This document shows, in pieces, positions 37,963-51,937 of a stretch of 64,000 nt of DNA (positions are counted from its first letter, which is position 1; each line of letters starts with the position of its first letter). The notes beneath the pieces were generated by a model. That model did no database searches. It had not been told where the DNA came from and saw only the letters and a list, made by a program, of their open reading frames with translations. This DNA comes from Ramazzottius varieornatus (lineage: Eukaryota > Animalia > Tardigrada). The position numbers and the translations under genes are program-made. The stretch lies in the NCBI GenBank assembly GCA_001949185.1, contig BDGG01000010.1, forward strand, positions 28,394 through 92,393, in the 5' to 3' direction.

Positions 37963-39370
37963 GAAGACAAGGTAAACCTTGGAGTCAACGGATTAAGGAG
38001 GATGACAGCCTTCCAGCAAAGAATAAGTCACCTGAATACTGCGTGAACAATGCGTTTCGCTCGAAAGTGGGTAAAGTTTTAACTGTTCCGATTTCGGAAT
38101 GAAATCAGGTCGGATGCTGCAATTCGTCACATCTGCACGATTTCTACTTGGTACGGCACATGCGTGCTTTACTGGATCAGCTGATCCTGGACTGCAGCGA
38201 GGCTTGCTGCGCCTTCTGAAGAAAGTAAAATCCCCAATATCGAACAGACTTCCCGAACGACTTCCTCCCTGGAATTTCTCACGTCATGATTTTTTAACTA
38301 TTCCCACTTTTAACTGAATAGGAATAAAGCTAAGTGTTCATAGGAACTTTCGAATTAGTTTGGGATCTTGGTAGCGGAACGTTAGTGAGAGAACGACGGT
38401 GAAAACAGTTGTCACAAGTACGGCAAACGGGTAAAGTTGGGTTTCTCTCCTCGTACAGGAGGAGTTAGCATGTGTGACCCAGTGAGGAAATGTTTGACCC
38501 AAAAGTCTCAGACGGCGTGACACGTATCAAGTATGCATTACGTTGACAGAAACACTTTTTATGTAAGATAGACAACACTGTAATTCAAACACGCGGTTCT
38601 ACCGTCACCGCGTCCTTTCCTGAGGAAAAATATCAAGAATTTTGGAGTAGAAGAACCATGATAACTCAAGCAACAGCTGATAAAAACTTGAATGTTACGA
38701 GAAAGTTTTGATGAAGTTGTGAAGGCTCGTTGTGACTCCCGGTGTATCCCAAATGACTGTCCCAAATGAATGTATCAAATGTCGCTTGGTTCCTACAGTA
38801 CAGCATATGCAGGTCATCGCTGTCGCCCATGATAAGACCGAACAGCCAGCCTCAGGCAACCTGTTGAACTTCCTCGTACGAATGAAGATGTCTGCATCTT
38901 CCACTGTACCACAACCTAGTTTGTGTTTGCATGTCATGCCCTTCCAGCCGTCACAACACCCGAGTGATCATATTTTGTTCGATAATATGGAAGTTCTCAA
39001 GCACAGGCTCTTCTGACTCGTCACTTCTGTAATTCAAGCTTCCATAGTATTCTTCCACCACCTTAAACACATGCATCGGTCCTTCCCTAACACCGGGCCC
39101 GGATAAATTTTACAGTGCCTTTCGGCACGCTCTTACGGGGTACTTCGGGGTTTCCCTCTGTGTGTACGGTATTTTTCCTTGGTCGAACACTCGTGTGCTT
39201 CACTACGCTAATTGACAAACAAATAATCTCGAAATAGTCCACCAGAATGAATACGTCGAAGACTGTGCATTAACGCCACAGGTTGAACAATCAGATAGAG
39301 CTTGTCGAAAAACAACCGGTTCTCAAGACGTCACTTCCGTCACTTGGACTATTTCCGTCGTTTACCGGTT

Positions 39371-39407
39371 TCTCCCCTTCTCCTTCTCCTTCTCCTTCTC
39401 CTTCTCT
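39371..39407. repeat. (CCTTCT)n microsatellite
   Basis: About 5-6 tandem hexamers. Confidence 0.85.
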
Positions 39408-40738
39408 ACTGGCCGTCTGATTTCGAAGTTCTTGATCGTCACTAGTCTGAGAACCGGATATCCCTTAACTCGCAGACTTGTAGGAAGGTGAAAGGAAGAA
39501 ACCGCCAGAAAAAGGAAGTTGTCCATGTTTTTTACAGCACTTCCGTCTGCGAACTATGAAATAACCACTAGACCAAAGTATCTACTAGAACTACTGGCTC
39601 TGTAAGCTGGAACGTCTTTGCTTCCACCATGGAGGCTGGTGGAAGCGTTCGCCGTTATCTAAAGTCTTGATATCTTTTCGGAAATTAGAAAGGCCGCCTC
39701 GGTGTAGACCCACTTATCGGACTGACCGGATTTTGAGCTGCCTGATTGCGCCTGCTCTTTCCATATGGGACCAGCGATCAAACCCACCAACGCGTGGCTC
39801 TCGACAATTACGAACCTAACTAACACTAGGGATCATTAGTTTAATTAAGATGTCTAATACATGTTTAAAAATTGAAGATTAGTAATTCGCTTCGCGATTC
39901 ACGAAACGAAGGGGGGCTTCGTTCGTGAATGCCGAAGGATACTCTCGGCCGATTTGAAACTTTCCCGAATTGCCTTCCCTATTACTCTGGCTGGCAATAA
40001 GCACTGGGAAGCATAGTTCGCGCCCGGGTGGCGTAGGACCTCCATTCCGGACAATCGAAATTCATTTTGGCCAGCACTTTTTTAACTTGATGGGCTAATT
40101 ACTACCAAGCACATTATCATGGCCAGCCTCGATTCTTCGCTCCATCTTTTTCCTCAAACTCGGTCGCGTCGTGCAACTTCTCAAAGCTGCCAGCGAATGC
40201 TTTTATAAAATTCGATTTCGGAAATTGATTAGTCCTCGTTTATTCGATTTTTCTGTGTATTGTGCAACCTCTCTATTAATTCATGATTTAGGGTTCACGT
40301 TTGACGGTACCCACTGTTTACGTATCATTCGTGCGCTATCGGTAACTCTATCGTTTCGATCACTAACCTCACATGCCATTCGAAACTGTGCCTCCCACAT
40401 TAAATTGATTTTGCCACTGGAGTTCCATATCCAGTCTACAACGCCGCGTCCAGCGTTAAAAGTTCTCGCGGGCGTGGTGGAACAAAATTAGAATTGGAAT
40501 TCGAATCAGTTTAATCTGCCCATCGATAGATTCCACATTCCCCGTCTGACAGGTCTGATATCCCTCGCAGTTAGAAACGGAAGTTGCACGAGATACGGCT
40601 TGGCCCAGGTTGGTACGGAGCTACGTATTTACCTTGCCTTTTTAATGGCACGAGCTGCCGTCAAGTTTGATTGGTCGGTGGGTAGGAATGACAAGTCATA
40701 GGTGGCTCACTTCTGGAAGCCTTTCCATCAGTAGAAGC

Positions 40739-43700
40739 CAGGGATGTTAATTAACCAACCGACGACGGATACATCCGGATATATCCGGTTAAGAGACGGA
40801 TTGGATAAGCATATTAACCATCCGCTTATTAGCCGGATAAAGCTCTTAACCAACCGGATAGAATCCGGATAACGTCCGTATCCAACCAGATTTTACCCGG
40901 TTAATGAGCTTCGAATCAATCAGAAAATCAAAGCAACAGGCTGTAGGTTACGAGCTGTAGTCTGGCTGCCGACGGGTCTTGGGCTGACTGGCTCAAAACT
41001 CGTTTTGTTACGCAATCTCCTAATTAGCAGCCGCACCGGAAGTCAGCGTTAAATACTGTATCTGTTCCTACTGCACCGTTACAGTATGTCGGCTTCCTCC
41101 ACTTCTTGCTTGCCAACATTTCTGATGGTATTCTTTAGCTTCCTTTGCCTTATTGTTTGACGTGCTATAGTCTATAGGGTATTGGAACTGGACTCTGCAG
41201 TATGGCCACTCGTAAACGCTCCTGGAATCGGCAACAAAGCGACGAAGAGGACGATGGCCACCACGACGCTCTTCACGATGAAGTTGCCGATTTCGAGGCA
41301 GAACTTCTAGGCCCCACTACACCTCTAAGCACTGTTGAAAGTTTCCCGGAGGAACTCACTGCAGCGGACACTGTACAACTACCAACCGGAACGAAGAAGA
41401 AGGGTAAGGCGACACATTCAGACATGAACGATCACTTCACGAAGTCGGTTGGTAAAGACGGAAAAACCACAGCCAAATGTAACTACTGCAGCAGCGTCTA
41501 CAAGAACGTGCAAGGAACTTCTAACTTGCACTACCATATGAAGAAAGAGCATCTTTCGAAACTGCAGAAAGCTTCCAAAGACAAGCCACTTCATCCAGCG
41601 TTTCAAGCAAAGCAGAAAGACCAGCCACAGGTCATGTCAAAGAAAGAAACTACTCGTCACACGAACAACCTTACGGAGTGTATCGTCTGTACTGCAAAGC
41701 CTATCAGTACCGTTGATGAACCACGATTTGTCGAACTCATTAGTGGTCTGAATGCTAGCTACAAGGTAAAATCTCATAATTATTACCAGATCTATGTTCG
41801 GACGATAATTAGAATCTGTTTTATCGTACTTCTGTAAACGGTGTAAGCATTTTAACAGGTGCCCTGTCGACAAACCATCCGGAGGCTTATCGTCGACGGC
41901 TACAAAGTGAAGAAAGTCCAGATCATTGAACAACTATCTGCGGTAACGAATCTTTCCTCACTGACTACAGACATGTGGAAAGCAAGTGCCAGAAAGCAGT
42001 CATATCTTGTCATCACCTTGCACTGGATAGATAACGAATGGAAGTTGAGAAATTTTATTCGTAACTTTCGATATATCCCTCATAAGCACTCAGGTGAGAA
42101 CATGAAAGGCGCAGTTATGGTAAATCTCAAAGAGTTCAAAGTTGCGCACAGGATTTTTAAAGTGACTACAGATGGAGCGTCAAACACGATAAAGGTCTTC
42201 GACTTATTGCTGGCTGATATGGAAACTGAAAGGGGTAGCTTTTCGAGAACCGCGCAGTTCTCACCCGAAGGCAAAAGTTTAGAAGCGATAAAGAAAATAT
42301 GAGTTAGTGTGTATTTTCACAAATGCAAATATCTCGAAGTCGCCCTTGCGGCAATATATGTTCTGCTAGGGTCAATATTCACTACGGTAAATAACTCGCT
42401 GACTATATTATTCTTTCCAGTTAACTCGTTCTGGAATTGGTGTGCAGCGCACATTGTGAATAAAATGGCGGAGGTAGCAATCGGCAAGAAGGTTGATAAA
42501 GTTTCGAAAATTCGCGCATGTGTGGTTTACTTACGTCGACCCACCATTCGCGAAAGTTTCTTGGCTTCTATCCAGTCTGCGACTCAGGTTGCCGTTGGAT
42601 GTAGCCACACGGTGGAACAGCTTATTGCATATGGTGGAATCAGCTTATGCACGTCACCATGAAATTCCCGACTACTTGTCCACCCAGAAAGGAGCCATCA
42701 AGGATGACGTACCCTCTGCGGAGGAATGGATCGAGATGGAAGACCTCATTGAACTTCCGAAGCCTCTGGAAGCTGTTTCTTTTGATTGCTCGGCTTTTAA
42801 GTCTTCAACTACCACCTGGCCTTGGCCGAGCTGGAGTTTTTGCGGTCTCACCTGAAAGCTTTTAACGAAGACTACGCTAAGGTTTATATGCATTTTTTAT
42901 TGTCAGTAAATGTTTCGGTACTAACTCTGGAGGGTCAGTATTTCGTCAAAAGCTGTATGTTTGGTTAACTTCAGGCACACTGGATCTGCGAATTGTAATG
43001 ATGAGCATTACAAGCTGACGGCTCGTGTAATGTAAAATGTAATGTAAAACAGTGTAATTACAAAAAGTGTAATTACATGTTACACTTGTTCACATTTTAC
43101 AACCCCGAAAGAACGGAACCTGTAAACCAAGTGTAAACTATCAAATGACCCCTCCAAGTTAGCTAAATCAAAGCCGCTACAGATGTGGAAAGAAATGTAA
43201 TCTCTCGTATACAGTAAACCTATTAACACTATCTTCAATCTTCACTGGTTCAAACAACTACTTGACAACAAATAAATCTGCTAAGGTGAAAAACTTTCCG
43301 GTCAGAGACACGTCATCTTCGAGCTCCTCACTGCTTGGCATGTCATTGTCGTCTTGACCGAACAAATCATCAAGGATTGCCATTTGACTTTCCAGCTCCA
43401 TTAGATCGGTTTCACCGCCACCTGGAAAAGTAATATTCTAAAGTACCGATGTCAAAATAGTAATGTCGAAGTAAATTGAAAATCATATCATAATGTAAGT
43501 GAATTGTTTACCTTGATCAAGTTTCACTGGTACTGTCTCTTCGTCCACTGTTACAACAACAACAGGCTCATCTGAAACATTTCCGGTCATCTTTGCTTTC
43601 TTCTCGTCCTTTATTCTCTTACGTTTTCTTGAGAGCTCCTCATCTTCACGACAGAATTTCATTTTCAGCGTGCACATCATTCGAACACAGTGAATAGAAT

Positions 43701-45078
43701 CCCTATGTCGACCACATAGAAGTCCACTTACGTTTTGTGTCTTGCTGTTCATCGGTCTCCTCGTCGCTCTCCTCGCTTTCAGACATCGTGTATGCAAACA
43801 GAGGTTCGTAGTCAAGCTCAAAGTACGCTAGTGTCAGATTAGATTGAACGGAGTAAGAATGATAAGGCCGAAAGCAGCTGCGTATATTTCGTACTGCGGC
43901 AGTGTAAACCAGACTGTCATCATGTCCACTGATGTAAAGCTTCTCTCAGATCGACAATCACTCAATCAATGGTTTCCCTCAACCCGTGTTCAATTAACAC
44001 GGCTTTTAATCAGTTAATGGCGATTTGAACGGATATTTCGGTTTTATACTCGCGTGTAATTCCAAGTGTAATTACACTTTTACAGTTGTATTTTACACTA
44101 CAACTTTCCGAAGATTGTAATGTAATGTAAAAGTGTAAATGTAATGTAAAATGTAATGTAATGTAAAGTGTAATGCTCATCATTAGCGAATTGGCTAAAG
44201 ACATGTCAGCCAAACTGGAGGACTGCCTTAAATTATCCTGGAAAAAACCTGGCGACCGAATACAAGTTCCTATGATAGCCAGGCTGCTCGATCCGAGCAT
44301 CAAAGACGCCTGGCTTCCTACAGTGGAAAGTCGAACCGCAGCCAGCACCACGCTGAAACATATAGTGCAACTATACAAGAATGTTCCAAGGTAGTAAATC
44401 TTTTAGTATGCTCATATCCAAACTGGTACCAGAATTATATCCATAGCAGTCTAAGCCTATGAATTCTTTGGGCTATAGTGAAAGAAGAGGTTCCGAAAGT
44501 ACTTCGCAGTCAGCCGTCTCAGCGCCTAAAGAGCTGCTCTGTATTCGCGAAAGAATGATCGCACAAGTTACTTCGGGGGCGGATACTCAACTGAACGAGG
44601 TGGATCAGTACTTTTTGGACCCGAAGGAATCAGCCAGAAGAGATGTTTTAGACTTCTGGAGTATCAGTGAAACGCGATATCCTACTTTGCACCGCATTAC
44701 AAAAGACGTCCTGGCTGTACAGGCTTCGTCCGTGCCTGTAGAAAGTGCCTTTTCTGGTAGCGATCGATACATAACCGTCCTCCGAAATCAACTTGAGCCT
44801 GAAGCCATTCAAGCCATGTTATGCTTGAATTCTTGGACTGATGCCTTCGAAGCCATGGTTGCGATGATGATTGACGATGATGAGTAAACAGAACGAAGGT
44901 TCGGAGGCTTCGACTCACAGCTAACAACTGACGAGAATCTTTAACCGGAATTTTAACCGGATAACATCCGGATAATCCGGATAAAAGTTGTAACCAGAGA
45001 GCTGGATAAAGATAAGTCTTCTAACCAACCACACTGTATCCAACCGTTTCACCGTTTAACCAACCATTAACATTCCCA
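40739..45078 (+). mobile_element. hAT (Ac-like, BED finger) transposon, inactivated
   Basis: TIR CAGGGATGTTAAT / ATTAACATTCCCA, 8-bp TSD GTAGAAGC/GTAGAAGT and subterminal CCGGATA/TTAACC repeats. Transposase at 41202-44887 has a BED finger, TTDMW, TDGASN, CAAH, TRWNS and hATC (SSVPVESAFS). Frameshift near 42570 plus a nested insertion. Confidence 0.92.
42996..44185 (-). mobile_element. Non-autonomous hAT-type element nested in the hAT transposase exon
   Basis: Perfect 17-bp TIR TAATGATGAGCATTACA / TGTAATGCTCATCATTA, perfect 8-bp TSD GCGAATTG and TGTAA subterminal repeats. Confidence 0.92.
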
Positions 45079-45091
45079 GTAGAAGTTCAGC

Positions 45092-48000
45092 TGTCGCGCA
45101 CCGTAGCTCCTCCCTCGTCGCGGTTATTGGTGGATCAAGTGTTCGCCCCTCTCGTTCCACCAGTCAGAAAGTCGTGGGTGAAGTTTGACCCGGTGGCTCA
45201 AAGTCAAACTGAGCGCAAAATACTTGGTTCCGTAAGTGGTAATAAGGATGAGAACTCTATCAGGAAAGAAGTGTTTCCGCTTTCCCAAATATCGATCACC
45301 GTAAGTTGCAAGATAATCGGCTCGGAGGGGACACCAAGTCAAAAGAGGTTTCCTTTCGATAATCAGAGGCGCTTACCTTCTGAGCGATGTTACGCCCTCA
45401 ACGACTGATCAAGCTATATACAGGTCAATTCAAGACTAATATACAATGTAGAAAACCGACATGAAAAGCCCAAGACTGATATTAACACTGCCACAGAATC
45501 GATTTAGGTCACAGCTAGCGAAAAATTACAACTTTTTTCCCTAAAAGCAAACGCCAGCATCGCTGGCAAACATGGGTTCCCAGGATTGGATTTAATTTGT
45601 GCCGAAGAGGTAAGCTGGATATACGTCATCATTTTTTCAACCAATGGGAAGAAAAAAATGGATTCTTCCGGGTGTCTTGATGCAGGTCGATAGTACATGG
45701 TTCCTGAGGTGCAGGAAATAAGAATCGAGCCGATCTGACAGTTGACTAGACTTTAACGACCGGCCAAATTTTGTCAACTGGTGAAGCGTGAAATCCGTTA
45801 TACTATACTGTACTCTCGCGATACACATGGACATACTCAAGGCTGTACTAGTGGAAAGTAACCTCAAGTAAAAAAGTACCGTTTGAATGACGCACTTGAT
45901 TGCTTGAAACGATATCTTGACTTTCCCATGTTCAGCCACCTGTTAGGGACCATTTTCGACTTCGAAAAACTGGGTTCTTGAGAAGTTTTGCCTCTGTGCT
46001 ACTGTACGTAATATTACACTATGGGAAGATTCAAGACTCGAGCTGTGTACAGAGTATTGGAGGCTCAGAGAAATCTGCGAGCTCAGGCGGAAAGTGGAAT
46101 GTCGCTGCGAGCTTATGCAGACGCGGTGAAGATACCGCGTTCAACGATATCTCTGTGGAGGTAGGACAAAGCTTGAAGCTGTTTGCGTCTTTAACCGTTC
46201 ATGTTCTAAATATATATCGTTTCAGAAAAAAATTACCTGAAGGCACTTTTAAAGGACGACGTAAGCCGATGTACGAGCCAACAGAGAAAAGGGTCTATAA
46301 CGAAGTGATCAACAGTAGAAATATTGAACTTCCGGTGCGCGATAGCGACGTTCGATCTTGGGCATCACAGTTCGCCAAGGCATTGAATATCCACGGATTC
46401 AAAGCGTCTTGTGGTTGGATATCGAAGCTAAAGAAGAAGTATTGTTTGATTTATCGAGCAATAACTAAGGTCGGACGAAAAACCACGAAGACTCCCACAC
46501 ACGAAGTAAGCGGGAGTCTTCGTGTGCGAGAGTCAAACTCCCTCGCTGGTTTTACCGTTTCCTGTAGATCTGTTGAGGCTTATTCTGTCTTTTGTTTGCT
46601 CGAATAGCTTGCCGAACATGTTTTCATGGAGCGAGTGGAAGAAATCGTCACTCTGGAGAAAACCCATCCAAGCCGTATAATCAACTTTGACCAGACTAGT
46701 GTCCTCTTGCAAAACACGTACGGAAAGACTTCATTACTTGTTGGAGTCAAACAAGTCCATGTCGTTCAGCCACCCAGTGAGAAGGAACGATTTACGGTAG
46801 GCCTCGCTGTGACGGGAGACGGACAAAAATTTCCAGCTGCGATAGTTTTCGCAGGTGGAGTGAAGACTTGTCAGCTCTCGCGTAACATTCTAGCGAAGTT
46901 AGTGATTCCTGACAACTTCAACGTCTTTTCTATCCGAACTGCTTGGTGGAACTCTAAGATCGACCAAGACTGGATCGAGCAGTCTTTCGAACAGGACCAA
47001 CCTGAACCGTTATTTCTACTTCGGGATCATTTTCCCGGTCATTTGAAGTTCGAAAGCGCAGAATTGTTGGACGAGAGGAATGTCGATCAGGTTTTCGTAC
47101 CGAAAGGGATGACGGGTACCTACCAACCGCTCGACGTTGGCATAAACGCACTCTTCAAAGCCAACCTTAAACGAGCGTATCATGAGTGGCGGAAAGAGCG
47201 TACGGAAGTCACGGCCAAAGGACACTTGCGGAAGCTGACTCGGCAAGACTTTGTTAGCAAAGCTTGGGAAGCAATCAGACCGGAAACGATTGAGAATGCG
47301 TTCGTAGGAGCTCAAATTCTTTCTGAACCGACGTATATGCTTTCGAACAAGGAAGTTTTGGTTGAAAACGACAAACAGCTTCTGCAGTTTAGCTTTAGTT
47401 CGGTTGAAGAAGACAGTAATGCTGAACTAGCGGAAGATTCCTCTTTGGAGTACAGCTTTTCGAATGATTATTGATTGAGTAAAACCGAAAAAGTTCGCCC
47501 CCGCCAGGTGTAGTTTGCCAGCGTACAAGGGTATATGTCCATGTGTATCGCGAGAGTACAGTATGTTCACGGTGCTCTCTCGCGCACTCGTAACGTAATC
47601 TCGAGAATGTAGGTAGTCGTTACTGAAGGAAAGAGTAAAGCCGCTTGAAGTGAACAAAGCCACACTGAACGCATGGTCAGCTTTGTTCCGGCATGGCAAC
47701 ACCTAAACCACTCTCTTTCTTGCACGTAGCTGCGGAAGTGAACTAGCCGGAAGCTGTAAGCGAAAGCAAGATGCAAGTTTAGAAGATTCTGGCAGGTTTA
47801 CTCGGAATTTCACGATGTTTGTATTTAGTCCTGGTTTGCCCGCAATGTCATACCGAGAATTCGAATAACAACTTCTTGTTTTGGAAATTATGTTTTAATT
47901 GACTTGTGAATTTTAATGTGTCTGGATATTAGAGGGACGAAGAATAGTCGTATGTTATCGTCAGACATAATATGGAAATCCGAAACGATAGAATTCTGTA

Positions 48001-49108
48001 GAGATTTGTTAAGAGCTGTTTCCATAATGAAAGCGTGCTTATCAGTGAAAGCATTGCATCGGACTTCTGAAAGTGCTTGCCAATAGCAAACGGACGCGAA
48101 TTTGATTGCGTAACTCACGCATCTTGGACAGCAAAATTTGCGTTCGTTTGGCACTAATACCATTACTTTTTTAGTAATGAGTACCTATGCAGTATTTGCT
48201 TTGTTCTGTGAAACCGAACTTGTCATGCTGAAGCGTTCAGCTCGATCTATTGCGTCGGTATTGCGCATTACCGCTTGTCTCGTAACGGGTAACATAAAGA
48301 TGCGCAGTGCTGTTGTCGATAAGTTTAATTATTTACACGAAAACAAATCTTATAATACCATGATCATGATTATAAGCACAGAAGGCTCCACTGAGACACT
48401 ATATCGTTTGGGGGTAGTCGACCGGTCATCAGAGTGTAGTTAAATGTCGGATCGGCTCGATTCTTTTTTCCTGCACCTCAGGAACCATGTACTATCGACC
48501 TGCATCAAGACACCCGGAAGAATCCATTTTTTTCTTCCCATTGGTTGAAAAAATGATGACGTATATCCAGCTTACCTCTTCGGCACAAATTAAATCCAAT
48601 CCTGGGAACCCATGTTTGCCAGCGATGCTGGCGTTTGCTTTTAGGGAAAAAAGTTGTAATTTTTCGCTAGCTGTGACCGAAATCCTTGCGACCTAAATCG
48701 ATTCTGTGGCAGTGTTAATATCAGTCTTGGGCTTTTCATGTCGGTTTTCTACATTGTATATTAGTCTTGAATTGACCTGTATATAGCTTGATCAGTCGTT
48801 GAGGGCGTAACATCGCTCAGAAGGTAAGCGCCTCTGATTATCGAAAGGAAACCTCTTTTGACTTGGTGTCCCCTCCGAGCCGATTATCTTGCAACTTACG
48901 GTGATCGATATTTGGGAAAGCGGAAACACTTCTTTCCTGATAGAGTTCTCATCCTTATTACCACTTACGGAACCAAGTATTTTGCGCTCAGTTTGACTTT
49001 GAGCCACCGGGTCAAACTTCACCCACGACTTTCTGACTGGTGGAACGAGAGGGGCGAACACTTGATCCACCAATAACCGCGACGAGGGAGGAGCTACGGT
49101 GCGCGACA
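45092..49108. repeat. ~650-bp near-identical inverted repeat pair (45092-~45760 and ~48425-49108)
   Basis: The arms give identical mirror ORFs in the ORF track. They differ by one 15-nt indel and a diverged inner ~50 bp. Confidence 0.95.
45808..47561 (+). mobile_element. pogo DD35D transposon with an apparently intact 3-exon transposase (46021-46160, 46226-46505, 46608-47474)
   Basis: TA|CTGTACTCTCGCGATACACATGGACATA...TATGTCCATGTGTATCGCGAGAGTACAG|TA. CENP-B HTH (FKASCGW) and catalytic NFDQT / LRD-x35-D (QPLDV). Splicing gives about 428 aa with no stop. Confidence 0.9.
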
Positions 49109-49480
49109 CGACCCGCGCAACTTCCATTTTCTCGAACCGATTTTTTCCCCAGTCAACCAGCACCGACAAACAAAATCTGACCAAGCCATTTGAAGAACAA
49201 TGTGTTTCTGCATCTGTGGATGTTATTTGCAGTGGAATTCACACTTTCGAAACATAGACTGATTCTTAAAACGATAGAGGCAACAACGACCATCACCTGA
49301 AATTTTAATTTTCAAGAATGTCTCGTTTATCTGACCAGTGGCCTAGTCATACCGCCGCATAGGTAAATGTTTTGGTGTGGCAGAGCAAAACACTACCCCG
49401 CTGATTTGACGAAAATAAAGCCTAGAGTAGGCCTTTAAAGTCATTTTCGGGTCAATTTTGACCCTGTGGTTCCGTAAGTG
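48962..49480. mobile_element. piggyBac-like MITE
   Basis: 14-bp TIR CACTTACGGAACCA / TGGTTCCGTAAGTG flanked by TTAC and TTAA, with subterminal GGGTCAA..(G)ACCC palindromes. Confidence 0.7.
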
Positions 49481-51937
49481 TTAACGCTAGGAACATCCTC
49501 GGGTCGCGACGGTTGGTGCCTGGTATATCTGCTTTCTAGGTTGTCGCTTCCTACAAATCATCCGGATGTGACAATGTTTTTCACCATGTTCGTGTTTCCA
49601 GCTTGCACAGCAGGACCCAGATCATACCTTTATTGTACCTAAAATTAGCTGCAGCGCGTGCAGCTACTGTGGAGCTCGATTCCATCTTTTGAACTCCGGT
49701 CTTATCCATTTTGAAGTGCTTCCTGCATCGTCATTATGGAGGAGTTTCGGATAAACGTGTCTGATTATGAAACTCCTAGCGCTGTGGTCCATATCGGGAT
49801 TATCACACTTGGGTTGCTTTACGCCGCGGAAATGGGGAGTCTCTACTATATTACTCCAGCTTACAACAGTGCTTTGGACGACATCAAACAGACGTACCCT
49901 AGGCTTAGAGTCTCGCAACATTTTGTAGCAGATCCCGCCTTCAGACTGTGCGGTGACCTCATGCCGGACAGCGATAACTTGCTCGCCCGGTTCTACTACG
50001 GCAGAGAACCAAAATGGCGTAGAGCAAACTTCGCCGTATTCTTGTCAAACGAAGCAGGTACGTGATCATCCTCTTGTATGCGAAACCTGCTTTGAAGGGC
50101 CCGCTCAGCCTTATCGACCTAATCGACTTTATCGCACTGCTAAATCATTGTGTAGACTTCGACGGCCATGGTAGCGCATACCTAGCCACTGGACTCGGGA
50201 AACTTGCGCTTAGGTAACGTAGCCAGAAAACTGGGTTTGAGCCATGTAGTCCCCAAATATGTCCACTGTGATACTGTGAATATTCGCTGCGTCCGCGCAG
50301 TACGTACACGTACGTGACGATGCACCCCCGTAGGGAGTTGCGCAGTCCGTGAAACCGCACCGAGGCTGTACTTCACTTGTACGATGACGTACTCCGCGGA
50401 CGCAGCGAATATCTACAGTACATGTGCATGGCTGTCCTGTCCCTGCAGTACCTCTACAACGACGGATCTAGCGAACAAAGCAAAGTGGCCCACGAGGATC
50501 GACGCGGGACCGGTTAACGCAGGCACAGTTGTGATGTATTCACGTGTGCTGTTGGGGATCCTGCAATATTTCAACTGGACGTCCATTGTCATAATCTGCG
50601 AAGCTGTCCGTAACCCGGCATTTTGTCAAGCTGCTGAAGTCGTAAAGAGAGTAATCAACCGGTTCTCAAACATCGTCGTTACCGTGGTCTCCGTCGATGG
50701 ATTTTCACCCGACACAAACTTCACCTCGTTGTTACTGGATGCCAGCAAACGGGCCCAAAGTACATGCGCCTGCTCTAACTGTGGACATGGACAAAACTGT
50801 GGGCCACGGAGCGAAATTGCCACGGGCCAGTTGAAACTGACCAATCAGTTAAATCAATCGAAGCATCGCCCTTTTCGCTCCGCCGCCCACATGTCCACAG
50901 TTAGGGCAGGCGCGCATACAAGACTCGATTTTTTAGACCGCTATAGACGCTCTCGATGTTGACTCCCCAATGTTTGCAGTTTATCATCAAATGCTGTTCG
51001 GACAAACACTGAGGAAAATAATGGTGGGTCTCATAGATAACACAATAAGAAACTATCGCTGCTACCGAAGACCCACTGTCTAGCGCTCCCTGTGCTAAAG
51101 GTATGTGCAAATTTCTCGACAGCTAACAGCAAGAGTTCTCAATATGACTCGTGGAGAGCATGTAAGGAGCTTCGCACCTTTATCATTGCCTTCATCGTAC
51201 TGGAGGAGAACGTAGCTGAATAATGTATCTGGCTCCTAGGTGTTCCTGGTGTACCGAGGTATGCGCAACCCGATTCTTGGAAGCTACGATTGGAAGTATG
51301 GCGATGCATACGACAATGTACGCCCCAATAATCTCCAGAAGGGAAAGATTTCAAACTGGCCGTATGTATACTGAACATTTCGACCTCCGTTGTAGGATGC
51401 AGAAGAAGCTTTCGGCTCGCTTTTCATTCTGGAAAGCAACAAAAGCGGGGAGTTTCCACCTGCGGGTTCCGATTTGTACTTGCTCAAAAAAAATGGCGGC
51501 TGGCATCCCTTGCTGAATACAATTTGACATACTCCCGGTTCACTGAGGTAAGAGTGGTGTATGAGATCTACTATCACCTGGCAGAGTTTGTATTTGAATC
51601 AGCTGATATCTCCAAATTTCGCAGAATTCTCACCCGGGTACGGCATATTCCATGCTCATGATGGTGGCGGAAGTATGGTCAAGTCGAAAAATTGTGTCTC
51701 AATCTTGGCGTTGTTCGCACCGATATTTTTATTCCCAGATCATCAACGAGTTCTGCAGCAAACCTATGCACTTGAGTGCGTGTCCGGATAATGGCCAATG
51801 TCTGGCGAAAACGTTTTACAGCCGAACTTTCGTATTGCGAACCGGGAACTACACGTTCGATCAGTATGGGTTTTTGAACGTTCCAAACTATCAACTAGAA
51901 CAATACCGCGACACCGAGTTAATTGTACGCATCCAGT

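Noticed and set aside
38700-39630. Coding-like fragments on the minus strand around the microsatellite
   Set aside because: Multiple stops and no family assignment possible.
45124-45698. Duplicated ORFs (72, 93 and 64 aa) mirrored at 48487-49184
   Set aside because: They are by-products of the inverted duplication and have no protein-like features.
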